A DNA stretch of 63,120 nt, filler included, from Octopus bimaculoides (GCF_001194135.2; 6 parts of 6 records of this genome joined end to end with filler, not necessarily neighbours in it), one strand, 5' to 3'; positions 1 through 13,640 are shown, counted from the whole stretch's first letter. The notes: generated by a model not told the origin, from the letters alone. Program-made: numbers and translations.

Positions 1-36
<36 letters not shown>

Positions 37-39
<3 letters not shown>

Positions 40-211
40 CAAAATAAGAAACACGAATATCCAAAGGTAATGCAATACGATCGTTTCATGCAACTCCATT
101 TAATTGAAGAATGTAATCATTGTTCAATTCATTACATTGTTCATTTAAATGGAGTTGCATGAAATGATCGTACTGAATTACTTCTGGATATCCTTGTTGC
201 TTATTGTGATT
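37..211. repeat. Fold-back element, roughly 80-bp imperfect arms with a short loop
   Basis: tttcatgcaactccatttaa / ttaaatggagttgcatgaaa is perfect; pairing extends outward to aatcaaaataag / cttattgtgatt. Confidence 0.75.
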
Positions 212-289
212 TTACTCACCTTACTTTGAAATTGCATGAATATACCGTACTAAATTCTGGTGCCTCAACTGAAGTACCATATTCACCTG

Positions 290-359
<70 letters not shown>

Positions 360-1150
360 CCTATAGAGTATTGAGCAACTAGTTTTTCTCGCTAAAAATT
401 TTACACAGTATATCTATTGTATTTTTAAAGTTTATGTCAGAAGGTTCTTTCGGGACTATATAACGCTGTAACGTACATGTTCCCTTGCTGCCAGTTTTCC
501 TAAGATTAAACGCGTTTTCATATCGTCGTTCCAATCTTTGCACTCGTTATTTTGCACAATCTTTGCACAAAGATCTGTTCGTATCTTCTATAGTACGCCT
601 CGAAGGTAACTCCTTCGTCTGGTTCATACTTAAACTCTGTTATCGAGGCTGCAACATAATCTGGCGAGAACATCTTTTAAACATTTTTTTACGAATTCAT
701 TTATAGGGGCATTTATTGTTGTGATAGTAATTGTTGTTGCTGCTGCTTCTACCGTAATTCTTGAAGTTGTAGTTGCTGTTCCTGTTTTTCTTTCAGTTGT
801 TATTGTTGCTGTTTTTGAAACACGCGCAAACCTGCCAACAATTTTTCCATAATTCTTCGATTTAGTATACCGTAAAATATGCACAAAATTCTTTTGGGAG
901 TTTATTAATTACTCGCGAGTTTCTTAATTCCCCATCACCACTGTTGTAACCGTTTCGTCTGACTATTGTAACGCCCACTCCGGTATAGCAGTATAGTTAG
1001 TTAGGCAAGTAGGACCACGACTATCTATGACCGTCTACTTCATACTCTCTATTTCTACTGACACTGACTGACTATATTTATAATAAGTATCACATGCCAC
1101 TCGTCACGCGGGAGGGGTGTTCTATTTTTAGTATTATCCCCATAACAATT

Positions 1151-1541
1151 GTTGTTGTTGTTGGCACTCCGTCGCTTACGACGTTGAGGGGTCCAGTTGA
1201 TCCGATCAACGGAACAGCCTGCTCGTGAAATTAACGTGCAAGTGGCTGAGCACTCCACAGACACGTGTACCATCATCGTAGTTCTCGGGGATATTCAGTG
1301 TGACACAATGTGACAAGGCTGACCCTTTGAATTGCAGGCACAACAGAAACAGGAAGTAAGAATTAGAGAAAGTTGTGGTGGAAAAGTACAGCAGGGTGCG
1401 CCACCATCCCCTGCCGGAGCCTCGTGGAACTTTAGGTGTTTTTCGCTCAATAAACACTCACAACGCCCGGTCTGGGAATCGAAACCATAATCCTATGACC
1501 GCGAGTCCGCTGCCCTAACCACTGGGCCATTGCGCCTCCAT
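1151..1541 (-). mobile_element. tRNA-derived SINE family A, full length, 12-bp TSD
   Basis: Head tggaggcgcaatggcccagtggttagggcagcggactc..ggtttcgattccc (A/B boxes), (CAA)n tail, TSD cccataacaatt at 1139-1150 and 1542-1553. Confidence 0.9.
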
Positions 1542-1740
1542 CCCATAACAATTATAGAAGTGGTTAACATGCAAAGAAAGGAGAAAGAAAATTTTTGGTT
1601 GTAGGTAATCAAAATGCATCAAGGAGCACAGAGATCCCTATAATAGAGATAGAAAGACAGATACAATGACTCTGTTTATAGCTTCGACATAATAACATCA
1701 ATAAATAGTCGTTAGAACTCAATGGAGCCCAATATGTTTA

Positions 1741-1960
1741 TACAGGATGTCCATAAATTACCTTTACAACTTTGGTAATTCAGAAAATAAAGAAAATTAA
1801 GGATAACTCAGCAGTGTTTATTGGAGAACGTAGGAAAAGAAACATCGTCTTATGGACACACAGCAACACTGCCATATGGGCTCCATTGTTTGCACACATT
1901 GAACATATACAAAAAATTGTGGAAATTTTAACGATAGTTTATGAAGATCCTTGCTTTACA
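1741..1960 (-). mobile_element. Tc1/mariner 3' end remnant
   Basis: TA|CAGGATGTCCATAAATTA terminus at 1741; minus-strand C-terminal peptide CANNGAHMAVLL*. Confidence 0.5.
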
Positions 1961-2430
1961 CTATTAGTAAGATCCGGGTGAGAGGAGGTGTCAATAGCTA
2001 GATATATTCTCCTATAGAAACCTAAAGATCAGTAAGTATAGGGCATAAATAAAAAGTACATTACAAAAGAACAGGAGTTGCGTAATCACATTTATTAGTT
2101 TACACTAATTTTCTGCAGGAAGGAATTGTGCTCTCAAAGATGGGTGCTGGTACGACATCTCATACATCTCATAGACAGAAATACTTGCATAAATTCATAC
2201 ATCGTCGACGTCTTCGTGACCGTCATGCTGGTCTACGATGTCGTCATTACTGTCATCATCGTCATCACCATCATCATCATCGTCAGCAGCAGTAGCAGCA
2301 GCCGTAACAACAGCAGACTGCTACACATCTACGCGTTTTTATTTAGCCTTTCATCTTAATGACTCAATCTCACAACTATGTCTCATCCTCCCCAACCTCT
2401 ATATTCTTCATCCTACTCTTCCACATCCAC

Positions 2431-2547
2431 CTACTCTGTCTCCTCTAGCGTCTCCTCGTCTTCTTCCTCTTCTTCGTCGGTACGTTCCTCAAAATGATCT
2501 TTGAACATATCGGCAGCGCTCTTGTCGTAATTATGTGTTTTGACTTT
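2431..2547 (-). CDS. Probable terminal coding exon of an unidentified host gene (KVKTHNYDKSAADMFKDHFEERTDEEEEEDEETLEETE*)
   Basis: Minus-strand acceptor ttttatttatttagtttgcAG ends at 2548. Phase-0 reading gives 38 codons and a TAG at 2433-2431, with an acidic tail. The sequence is unique and non-repeat. AATAAA motifs lie downstream on the minus strand (about 2342-2337 and 2095-2090). Protein not recognised. Confidence 0.6.
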   Translation of the reverse strand, partial: KVKTHNYDKSAADMFKDHFEERTDEEEEEDEETLEETE

Positions 2548-3924
2548 CTGCAAACTAAATAAATAAAACGTAATTAAACAAATGAGTCGCAGGTCTTTTG
2601 ACCAACGCAATGTTGTAACATTCGACGTTTTTGAAGAGTAATTGGAGACTTTAGTTGGTTAATAATAGGTAAGCTTATATCATGTTACTTCAAACTACAT
2701 CAACAATATGGACTTCAATAACTTCCTTGTTTTACAAACAGATCAACAAATCAATATTATTCATTTGATTTCACGCGAGAATTATTTGATCTGAAAGTCA
2801 ATCAGTATCAAGTTCAGGTATTGATATTGAACTTCTGCTATCTGTTAACATAGTCCACCTAGAGTGCTATCATCTGGAAGTGAATCGAAACTGTATAAGA
2901 CGGACGACGCGGATAATTTCTTTCAACATTGTTTAGTATAAAAGACATACGTGCAGTTTATCGCCTGACATCTACTCTGATCGAACAGATAACTATCTCT
3001 CTATCTAGCTATACTAGCTATATATATATATATATNNNNNNNNNNNNNNNNNNNNNNNNNNNNNNNNNNNNNNNNNNNNNNNNNNNNNNNNNNNNNNNNN
3101 NNNNNNNNNNNNNNNNNNNNNNNNNNNNNNNNNNNNNNNNNNNNNNNNNNNNNNNNNNNNNNNNNNNNNNNNNNNNNNNNNNNNNNNNNNNNNNNNNNNN
3201 NNNNNNNNNNNNNNNNNNNNNNNNNNNNNNNNNNNNNNNNNNNNNNNNNNNNNNNNNNNNNNNNNNNNNNNNNNNNNNNNNNNNNNNNNNNNNNNNNNNN
3301 NNNNNNNNNNNNNNNNNNNNNNNNNNNNNNNNNNNNNNNNNNNNNNNNNNNNNNNNNNNNNNNNNNNNNNNNNNNNNNNNNNNNNNNNNNNNNNNNNNNN
3401 NNNNNNNNNNNNNNNNNNNNNNNNNNNNNNNNNNNNNNNNNNNNNNNNNNNNNNNNNNNNNNNNNNNNNNNNNNNNNNNNNNNNNNNNNNNNNNNNNNNN
3501 NNNNNNNNNNNNNNNNNNNNNNNNNNNNNNNNNNNNNNNNNNNNNNNNNNNNNNNNNNNNNNNNNNNNNNNNNNNNNNNNNNNNNNNNNNNNNNNNNNNN
3601 NNNNNNNNNNNNNNNNNNNNNNNNNNNNNNNNNNNNNNNNNNNNNNNNNNNNNNNNNNNNNNNNNNNNNNNNNNNNNNNNNNNNNNNNNNNNNNNNNNNN
3701 NNNNNNNNNNNNNNNNNNNNNNNNNNNNNNNNNNNNNNNNNNNNNNNNNNNNNNNNNNNNNNNNNNNNNNNNNNNNNNNNNNNNNNNNNNNNNNNNNNNN
3801 NNNNNNNNNNNNNNNNNNNNNNNNNNNNNNNNNNNNNNNNNNNNNNNNNNNNNNNNNNNNNNNNNNNNNNNNNNNNNNNNNNNNNNNNNNNNNNNNNNNN
3901 NNNNNNNNGCCTGCATCTTCATAG

Positions 3925-5193
3925 AAGAGGGTAAGTCGATTAAAGACCCAAATGGCACTTACTTTATCGACTCCGAAAAGATGAATGTGAAAGTGGATCT
4001 TGACGTCATTTGGAGTCAGAACTGAGAGACGAACGAAATGTCGCTAAGCATTTTACCCTGTTTGCTAAAGATTCTTCCAGCTCGCCGGCCAAAGTTTCGC
4101 TATTAATTTGGATTCAAATTTTGGCACAAAGTCAGCAAGTTCGGTGAAAGGGCAATCACATCGACCCCCACTATTCAACTGGTCTTTCTTCTTTTCAATC
4201 CCGAAAGGATGAAAAAGCGTGCTCAAGTTTCTGCCTACGCACAAGGCCCGAAACTTTGGGAGAAGGAGCCAGTCGATTAGATTGACGCCAGCACGCAACT
4301 GGTACTTAATTTATCGACCCCCAAAGTCAAAGTCAACCTCGGCGACATTTGAACTCAAAATGAAAAGACGGACGAAATCCTGCTAAGCATTTTGTCCGGC
4401 GTGCTAACGATTTTGTCAGCTCTCCGCCTTCAACTCTGCTATTAAACTAACAAGTTATGTATTGCCGTGGGAGTAACGTTTGATATCATGAAGTCGTTTT
4501 AAGTTTGTTTTCAGAATATTTTCTCTAATCTTGTCTTCTCCACTTCTACTTTTTCGTCATTCATTAACTCTGTTCCATCTGTTGTTCTTCCCCAATATAA
4601 TCAACCCACATCAGACTAGAGTTGCATGCTTTTGTGTATAATGAGATACTATCTCGTTTTCCTGTTCATACCATTCAACCGATCCTTTAATGAAATAAAT
4701 ATCAGTTGAGGACTGGAATCGATGTGATCGACTCACTTATTTCACTGGAATTCCTGGCCTTGTGCCCGTAATAGAAAGAATTTTTTATAGTTGTACGCGC
4801 TTCGAGATACAGTTTAAGAAAGAACTATCTTAGTCGGTTTTAGAATATGATGTGGACATTTTTTTTTTATCAGAGAGTTGAAACCTAATTAATGAGATGG
4901 CAAATAATTTATCCTCCATTTTCTGTTCAATACATAGCGCTCGTAAAGTCGGTTACCTTCCCCAGTTTGCCTGTTGCATAAGCCCCCAAAATTCCCTTGA
5001 ACGGGACGCCGATTCCTTGCAGGGCTGAATGTAGTAAGGAAAGCAAAAAAGATCGACTGGCGGAGACTGACTGCAACTGTGACGGAAGGTATAGTTGACC
5101 TTGGTGGAGTTCGAACTCAGAGCGTAAAGACGGACGGAATGCCGCTAAACATACATTCAGACGTGCTAACAGTTCTGCCAACTCGCTGCCTTA
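3925..5193 (-). mobile_element. Cluster of older SINE family C units (3925-4432, 4735-4790, 5040-5193)
   Basis: Repeated ggcgagctg..gttagcacg..gagttcgaa/caaat..cgaggtcgac motifs. Confidence 0.7.
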
Positions 5194-5219
5194 ATCACCA
5201 CGTTAATAATCCCTTCGAC

Positions 5220-5668
5220 TATTAGGCACAAGGCCTGAAACTTGCGGGAGAGGGTCTTGTCGTTTACAACGAACCCAGTGCTCAACTTGCGCCAATTTCA
5301 CTGACCCCGAAAGAAATGATAGGCAAAGTGGAATTACCCCGAAAGGTAAAGTGGACCTCGGCGGAATTTGAACTCAGAACGTAGCGGCAAACGAAATACC
5401 GCTAACCATTTCCCCCGGCATGCTAACGTTTCTTATTTCTTTACTGCCCACAAGAAGCCACACAGAGAGGGGACAAACAAGGACAGACAAACGGATTAAG
5501 TCGATTATATCGACTCCAGTACGTAGCTGGTACTTATTTAATCGACCCCGAAAGGATGAAAGGTAAAGTGGATCTCGGCGGAATTTGAACTCAGAACGTA
5601 GCGGCAAATGAAATACCGCTAAGCATTTCGTCCAGCGTGCTAACGTTTCTGCCAGCTCGCCACCTTAA
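5220..5668 (-). mobile_element. SINE family C, dimeric
   Basis: The unit gaaacgttagcacgc.gg..gaaatg.ttagcggtatt...gttctgagttcaaattccgccgag.tc.actttacctttc occurs twice, joined by a tttgtctgtccttgtttgtcccctct linker. Confidence 0.85.
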
Positions 5669-6344
5669 AAATTTGTCCAATATTAACACACTCGGTTTGT
5701 TGTTTCTGTTAGTTTACTGTTTAGTCTGTGTGTTTGGAATATGTGTAAAGTGCATTAAGACGTTTGTGTTATAATTAATGTGATGTAATAACGGATATCG
5801 ATAATGTAAGCGCATGCGCTATGACATTTTATTGGGTGTCGATTGGATTTCATTTTCAAGTACCGAATCAGACGAAGTATTAGATAGAATGTCAGAGAAA
5901 ATGATTTGCAACTTCTGTTCTGGTTCGATGCGTTCTGAGATCAAATCCAATACAAGTTAACTCCGACTTTCACAAGAGGTCGAACAATAAGGTACTAGTC
6001 GAGTACAAGTATCGCAGGTTCTCTTCTCTTCCTCCTCTTTTTGCTTTCCTTCATTTTCTTTTTTATTTTATTACCACAACCACCACCACCATTACTACGA
6101 CCACGACTACTACCGCTACATGCACCATTACTAATAATGCAAATACTACTACTGCTATACCACTACGACTACTACCACCAACACCACTACTATTAGTATC
6201 AACACAACTACTACTACCACTACTATTGATACAACCCCAACGCTATTATCACCACCGCCACCATTATTACCACGACCACTGCTACTACTACTACTATCAC
6301 CAATACTAACATTACCACCACTAATACTATCACCTATACTAGTT

Positions 6345-6387
<43 letters not shown>

Positions 6388-6511
6388 TACTTCTACTACT
6401 TTTCTTATATTTATTCTCTGACTTACGGCGGCAAATGGTGAAAATCTTTAATTCACCGGACAAAATGCTTGGGGGCATTTCTTCCGATTTCACGTGCTAA
6501 GTTTAAATTCC

Positions 6512-6675
6512 TTGAGTGGCTGTGTGATAAGTAGCTTGCTTGCCAACCACAGGGTTCCGGGTTCAGTCCCACTGCGTGGCACCTTGGGCAAGCGCCTTCT
6601 ACTATAGCCTCGGACCCATCACAGCCTTGTGAGTGGATTTGGTAGACAGAAACTGAAAGAAGCCTATTGTATATA

Positions 6676-6750
<75 letters not shown>

Positions 6751-6958
6751 ATGTTCGTGTGTCTGTCTTTGTCCCCCCAACATTGCTTGACAACCAATGC
6801 TGGTGTGATTACGTCACCATAACATAACGATTAGGCAAAAGAGACCGATAGAATAAGTACTAGGCTTACAAAGAATAAGTCCTGCGGTCGATTTGCTCGA
6901 CTAGAAGCGGTGCTCCAGCATGGCCGCAGTGAAATGACTGAAACAAGTAAAAGAAAAA
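6512..6958 (+). mobile_element. tRNA-derived SINE family B with internal (TA)n(TG)n
   Basis: Head gagtggctgtgtg.taagtagcttgctt.ccaaccac..ggttccgggttcagtcccactg, body gccttgtgagtggatttggtagac.gaaactgaaagaagcc, tail gactgaaacaagtaaaag. Confidence 0.9.
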
Positions 6959-9429
6959 AAAAAAGAGACCGATTTTATCAGTTATCATTTCGGTTTTTTT
7001 TAAAATAAAAACCAGTTCAGCACTGGGGTTCGATATAATAGACACATACTCTTCCTTGACACTGCTGGTCTTACATCCAAAATAGAATTATCTCCTGCAG
7101 TATTACAATATATGAGGTGGACATTTTTGTGTTATCAAAGAGCGGAAATCTAACTGATGATATGCCAAGACCCACTGTTTGCTTCTTTTAGATCTACATT
7201 TGTAAATATAGCGTTTCTTACGATTATTATTTATTAAAATTAATGCAAAACACATAAAAAATATTTTTATTACTTCAACTTTGATTTGCAACGCATCTAT
7301 AAATACTACTCGTAAATATTATTCACTTTTATCATTAATAAAGTATTGATTTTTCTGTAATTAAATGCAAGATAATTCGTTTCCAGTTTGATTTTTGGAT
7401 ATGTTTTTATTTTATTTTTAATTTTCTATCGTTTTTCAAACCTATGGAAATGAATCATCAAAAACGTAAACGTCTGTAGTATTGACTCTTTGAAATATAA
7501 TGTTATTCCATGCACTATTAACCAACAATTACTTACGTGTTTAATTTGCGAAAATAACCGTTGATAAATATAGGAATATGCCCTCCCCCAAAGGAACACT
7601 GAGCACTTGAAAACAAAAACCTTCAGGTAAAATCAATAAGGATTTCAGCTATTTTCCTGCTTTAAATTCTAAAATTCAAAAAGCGTTGAATAATTAAAAA
7701 CCTACTTGAAAATAATGAATGAACAATTGAGGAGGGGTTTATTGCATCTTAGAAAATTTCAAAATTCATTGCCAACTGTGGGAAACGTCGTAATATTAAA
7801 AGAATTTTGTTTTCCTTTTTGGTTGTTAAAGAAATATTTTAACTCTGTGTTTTATGTTGTTGCTATTGTTGTTGTTGTTGTTGTCTACTGTATGTGATCT
7901 AATTGGTTTTGTTTTCCATGGAGTAAATATTCAAGTTTTAGCTAAACACAGTAAAACGGTGAATGATATCGCAAACAAGTTTTGTTAACATAAAATGTGT
8001 TAGATGATAGCACGTACAAGCCTTCGTAGAAGACAAAGTATAAAACAACGCTACACACACACAGTGAAGGAGAAAGAATCGTAGAGGCAAAGGAGGAGAA
8101 GGAGAAGTAATGGGGAGTTGTAAAAACCAGAATTTTGTTTTATTTATACAACGTCTTGCATAATTGTTCTGATTCCGTTCCAGCAAATTCTAACGTGAAT
8201 ATGCTTGTCATTGTTAGTATTTTTGCACAGGTGAGCAACTTCTTTATGACAACTATGTGTTCATAACTCACTCGCTTCATTAGTCCAAGGGGCTCTAGGA
8301 CTCCTCTGTTTACATTTGTTTTTGTCTCGTCAGCCAGAAGCACTCCCGTACCAATGAATCTAACATGAGTTGATGCCCTTGTTTACAATTTTAAACTGTT
8401 TGCCGTGATCGACCAACGGAATATAAATTGCCATATGCAGAGTGAACAGCGGGAATCAAAACAATGAATTGCATATTTATTCTATTTATTTCGCACGCGT
8501 TCTGCCATATTCGAACGTGAATATGCTTAACGCTGTTGAGAGATGTCACTGGAAAATAACTCCTTTACGCCGAATAGGCGTTCTTCAGCATCATAATAGA
8601 AGTATTGACAGCGTTGTGCCTCATTAACCAGAAGCTCCCCTTGAATTTTATTCTAAAATAATATTTTTGTTTTGCTAAATAATTCTCACTGCTTTTACGT
8701 GAATATGTGATTTTACTACTGGTCTATGGGTACCATTTCAAAAGAATTAAAGAGATTGTTGAAGAAATCTTATTTTGTGAACAAACTAGAATCTACAGCA
8801 AATGGTTCAGCAAATGTTCGGACAAATCTGTAATCCGGAAGGCTTTGAAAACAAAGATTTTAGAAAATATATGTTGTACCCCTGCACTTATATTTTAAAT
8901 GTATTTTTAAAAGAAACGTTTCTCGGTTTGACTTTTTTCTCGCCAAAAGTATTTTTCTTCCCAATATTTACTTCTTATTATTTCTAGCGTTTTACGAAGC
9001 AGTGAGCTAGCAGAGTCGTAAGCATTAGGAACAAAATTCTTCTGTTCTTTTTGTTTTTACAATCTGCGTTCAAATGCCACCTAAGTCGACATTGTCATTC
9101 ATCCTTTCGAGATCGTGAAATAAAAACTAGTTGAGCACTGCTGTCTATGTAATAGACGACAAACAACCTCCACCTTAAAAATAGAGAAATTACTCCTACA
9201 ATCATGATTTAATACGTCCCATTTACATGAAAAACGAACTGTCTGAATCGTAACAGCGCCGGATACGTGTACTGAGTTCAAATTCCTGAACCGAGATTAA
9301 CTTTGCCTTTCATTTTTTCTGGGTTGATCAAATAAGTACCAGTTAAACACTGGGGCTGGTGTATACGACTTACCCTCTACCGTGAAGTGGCTGGCCTTCT
9401 GCTCAAATTTGAAACTAATATATTATAGT

Positions 9430-9905
9430 CACAACGTGATCAATGACTAGTCGCCGTCATAGATTTATAATCATTTAAAAGGAGCAATTACAAATAGTTT
9501 TGCCATATATTGTATTGTTCGTTGGTTACGTTCAGAAGGAAATCGTCTTACAGTGAAATTACGTGAAACTTTACAAGTCGGAATCAAAGCAGTGATTAAG
9601 ATTAAAGCTCATTTGCTAATGACACTGATATTTCGCAAATTCTTTCCATGGACATGATTCAGAATTAAGACACATTTTAATGCATTTTAAGATTAAGCAA
9701 TTTTTCAAACGGAAAACGTCTACGATATATTTATAATCCTTATGATATAGTTTTAGAATTTTCTTAAAAAGTAATAGATGCAGAGACATGTAAAGATGTT
9801 GAAAACAGAAACGCAGATATTGGTTATCTTGCTCGTATTTTTAACATATTAAATGAAGTCAACCTTAAATGACAGGGAAATAAAGATAACTTGTATTAAA
9901 ACCTG
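9430..9905 (+). mobile_element. hAT (Charlie/Buster-like) transposase remnant
   Basis: HLKGAITNSFAIYCIVR (decayed CxxH region); AVIKIKAH; ADIGYLARIFNILNEVNLK*QGNK. Many frameshifts. Confidence 0.7.
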
Positions 9906-10607
9906 TAAACGACGGTGGAAAAGGGTTGCATCAATGTGAGGGAAAGAGGTAAAAAAAAATAAAAAAGCAAATATATTTTGTTTCTTAAGGGTAATTTTTA
10001 TACTATTTTCACATTAAATGAATACAAAAGCTATGAAAACTTACAATCTCATTATCGAGAAACGCCGTAAAATATTCACTTTCCTTTGTATATCTGCCGT
10101 GAGCATAAATTCATTTGAGATTCCTGCATTGTTGTTGTTAAACGAATGTACAATTGAAGAAAAATCGATGCAATTTTCTACCCAAAGCTAGTTGAAGCAT
10201 CAGATTCTTCTGCACTATACACAAAATCGTCGCCATGAAGGAAAGTCAAACAAAATACTGCGTTGTATGAATCATCTTTTGGCGACTTGAATTTTTCCAA
10301 AGGTTTATTACGCTTGCGGGTATCTAAAGAATTATCCACTCAGGTAAGGGCCGAATGCTTGTAAAATTTTTGAAACAGGAAGTTATGATCTTCACCGCTT
10401 CATAATTAAAGGCAAATGGATAATAATGGTAATTATTAGTAAAATATAATCTACATAACTTGGCGCAGGAGTGGCTGTGTGGTAAGTAGCTTGCTTACCA
10501 ACCACATNNNNNNNNNNNNNNNNNNNNNNNNNNNNNNNNNNNNNNNNNNNNNNNNNNNNNNNNNNNNNNNNNNNNNNNNNNNNNNNNNNNNNNNNNNNNN
10601 NNNNNNN

Positions 10608-10641
<34 letters not shown>

Positions 10642-12442
10642 TCTCGTCTTGAGTTTGATATACTTGGTATGTTTTTGAGTCACTACTTCTTTTCCTGCAT
10701 TGGTATTAATGCTAGATCTTAAATAGTTGACTGTTAGCTAAATGCTACACAATTTATTGAATGTAGTTTAATAACGGATGAAGAATTTCTGATTTTATGT
10801 GTTGTCTTTTAGTGAGCTATATTTACTGTTTCCATTATTAATAATTTTTTCTCCCTATTTAACATTCTGCTCTGCCTGGGATGTAGTGCTTTGCAATATT
10901 CTAACATTTTCATTCTTTAAAAACGCATGGCTAAGCACTGGGGTAGCGCCGTGCTTTTATAACAAATACGATTTATAGCACGCAATCGAATTCGTAAATC
11001 TAATCGGCCATTGTTCTCTTGATAGCAGCCTCTGAGTATTGTAGGTGCTTATCGTTTGTTTATCAGCAGGGCGTTTCATAATTATAGTAATTGGGTAGTA
11101 GATTATCAATACTAGTTGCAAAATATTTCAAGTTGCCTTGCCAAGCTATTATTTCAGAGCAATATATATTCGAAATATACTATAATGTAATATAACATAA
11201 TATAATACAATATACTCTACTCTAAACAGAATAAATATAGTTAATAAGAACATCTATTATAATGTTGATCAATATTCAATTCTGAACAACAAGGTCTATA
11301 ATATTTGTCAATTTTGAAATGGTGTATCATTTTAAGGTCATATATTGTGTCACAGTTGTTCCAGAAACTAAGTGTGCAAATTAAGTTGCGTGTGCAACGA
11401 TGTTTTTCGATAAGTAAATTATAGTTTAAACAATTATAGAAATTATGAAAAACAAAGAAAATAGAATTACAAATTAATCTATTTAAATGTGTCTGGATAT
11501 TTTTACCATATTTAACAATATTATAATATCATTCACACTTTCATATTCTCGTTCAATTCTCTTCACTCTTTCTCTTTCTCCAGTGCTCGATATTTCTGCG
11601 TCTGTCTCGTTCTTTGTCTATCTCTCTATCTCTCAGTCAATCTCTCTCGACTTGTCAGTATTCGTCTACCACTACTATTAGGCGTCATCGATATCCATGA
11701 TGAATTACGCATACATACATACAAAATATTCATGTGTATCTAAAAATTTATATATATATATATATATNNNNNNNNNNNNNNNNNNNNNNNNNNNNNNNNN
11801 NNNNNNNNNNNNNNNNNNNNNNNNNNNNNNNNNNNNNNNNNNNNNNNNNNNNNNNNNNNNNNNNNNNNNNNNNNNNNNNNNNNNNNNNNNNNNNNNNNNN
11901 NNNNNNNNNNNNNNNNNNNNNNNNNNNNNNNNNNNNNNNNNNNNNNNNNNNNNNNNNNNNNNNNNNNNNNNNNNNNNNNNNNNNNNNNNNNNNNNNNNNN
12001 NNNNNNNNNNNNNNNNNNNNNNNNNNNNNNNNNNNNNNNNNNNNNNNNNNNNNNNNNNNNNNNNNNNNNNNNNNNNNNNNNNNNNNNNNNNNNNNNNNNN
12101 NNNNNNNNNNNNNNNNNNNNNNNNNNNNNNNNNNNNNNNNNNNNNNNNNNNNNNNNNNNNNNNNNNNNNNNNNNNNNNNNNNNNNNNNNNNNNNNNNNNN
12201 NNNNNNNNNNNNNNNNNNNNNNNNNNNNNTATATATATATATATATGTATATATCTATATATATATACCTATACGTATATATATAGGTATATATGCATGT
12301 ATATACATATATACATATATATACATATATATATAGAGAGATAGATTGGTGTATACATTATTATATTAAAATATAATGATGTATATATGTATATATTTAT
12401 ACATAAACACACATTTACATCCACACACACACACACACACAT

Positions 12443-12476
<34 letters not shown>

Positions 12477-13000
12477 GTGTGTGTATATATATATATATAT
12501 GTATATATAGGTAGGTAGGTAGGTAGGTAGGTAGGTAGGTAGGTAGGTAGGTAGATTGATAGATAGATAGACACAGATATATTGACAGATAAAAAGATAA
12601 TAAATAAATAGATAAATAAATAGATGCAGATATGTAGACAGATAAATAGATATACGTATAGATCTGTATATAGATATAGATTGGGAGACACCGTTGAGGG
12701 AACGCAGTGCTTGCTTGAGACGGATGTTCACAAATGTCATCAGATCTCCATTTATTTGCGCAATACGCCAGGGAGTCCAACCAAAACAACTACAAAAACA
12801 ACAACAGCAATATCAACAACAGTCATGCAAAGTTAGTTATTAATGAATCAAGTACAGTTGTAACAAGAATAACAACATTAATTGTACGGACGCTTATCAT
12901 TAAGTAGAGTAACAAAAACAACAACCTCGTAAAATCGGGTGAAACAAAACAGCAAATTCGTTAGTAATTATTGATGCAGCATAATATTAATAATATTATT

Positions 13001-13072
<72 letters not shown>

Positions 13073-13076
13073 GAAA

Positions 13077-13640
13077 AAAATGGAGTCCTGCCACATGAGC
13101 AGATGGGTGCAAGCCTTGGTGCAGACGTACCAAGGATCAACTCCTGGTAGACAAAACTGTAAGAGGAAGAAAACTAACTTAGTCATGTCAAGGATTGATT
13201 ATCGTAAAGCATACGATATGATCCCACATTGTTGGATTATGGAATATATGAAGCTGTTTGATATTGCATCGAATGTTGAGCGATTGCTTCGAAAAAGTAT
13301 GGTGAGGTGGAGGACGGAACTGACTGCATATGGAAGACGTAGAGGGATTCAGGAGCAATAGAAATATGTTGAGGCATCTTCCAAGAGGACTGCCTGTCCC
13401 TACTGATCTTTGTACCGTGCATGATACCACTAACACTGATTCTGAGTGCCAAGGATCACCAGGTCATCGATAAAACAGTTTTTAGGCATTGTAAAAAAGC
13501 ATCATAGAAACATGTCTATGGTTTAGTTTGACTTTAGCAAGGCATATGATATGGTGCATCATTCTTCGATCGTTGAATGCCTGCAAATGTTTGGCGTTGT
13601 TGACAACATCACAAATTTTCTAGTGCATAGCATGAATGGG
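13077..13640 (+). mobile_element. Two R4/Dong-clade LINE RT fragments
   Basis: KKTNLVMSRIDYRKAYDMIPHCWIMEYMKLF..WRTELT..GIFQEDCLSLLIFV.CMIPLTLIL and RNMSMV*FDFSKAYDMVHHSSIVECLQMFG. The fragments start directly after (AAT)n. Confidence 0.75.

Noticed and set aside
1500-1541. tRNA-like sequences at repeat heads
   Set aside because: These are SINE heads; no complete cloverleaf was seen, so no tRNA genes are called.
10170-10345. Short open frames on both strands and a plus-strand cag|GTAAGG donor
   Set aside because: No matching good acceptor and no recognisable peptide.
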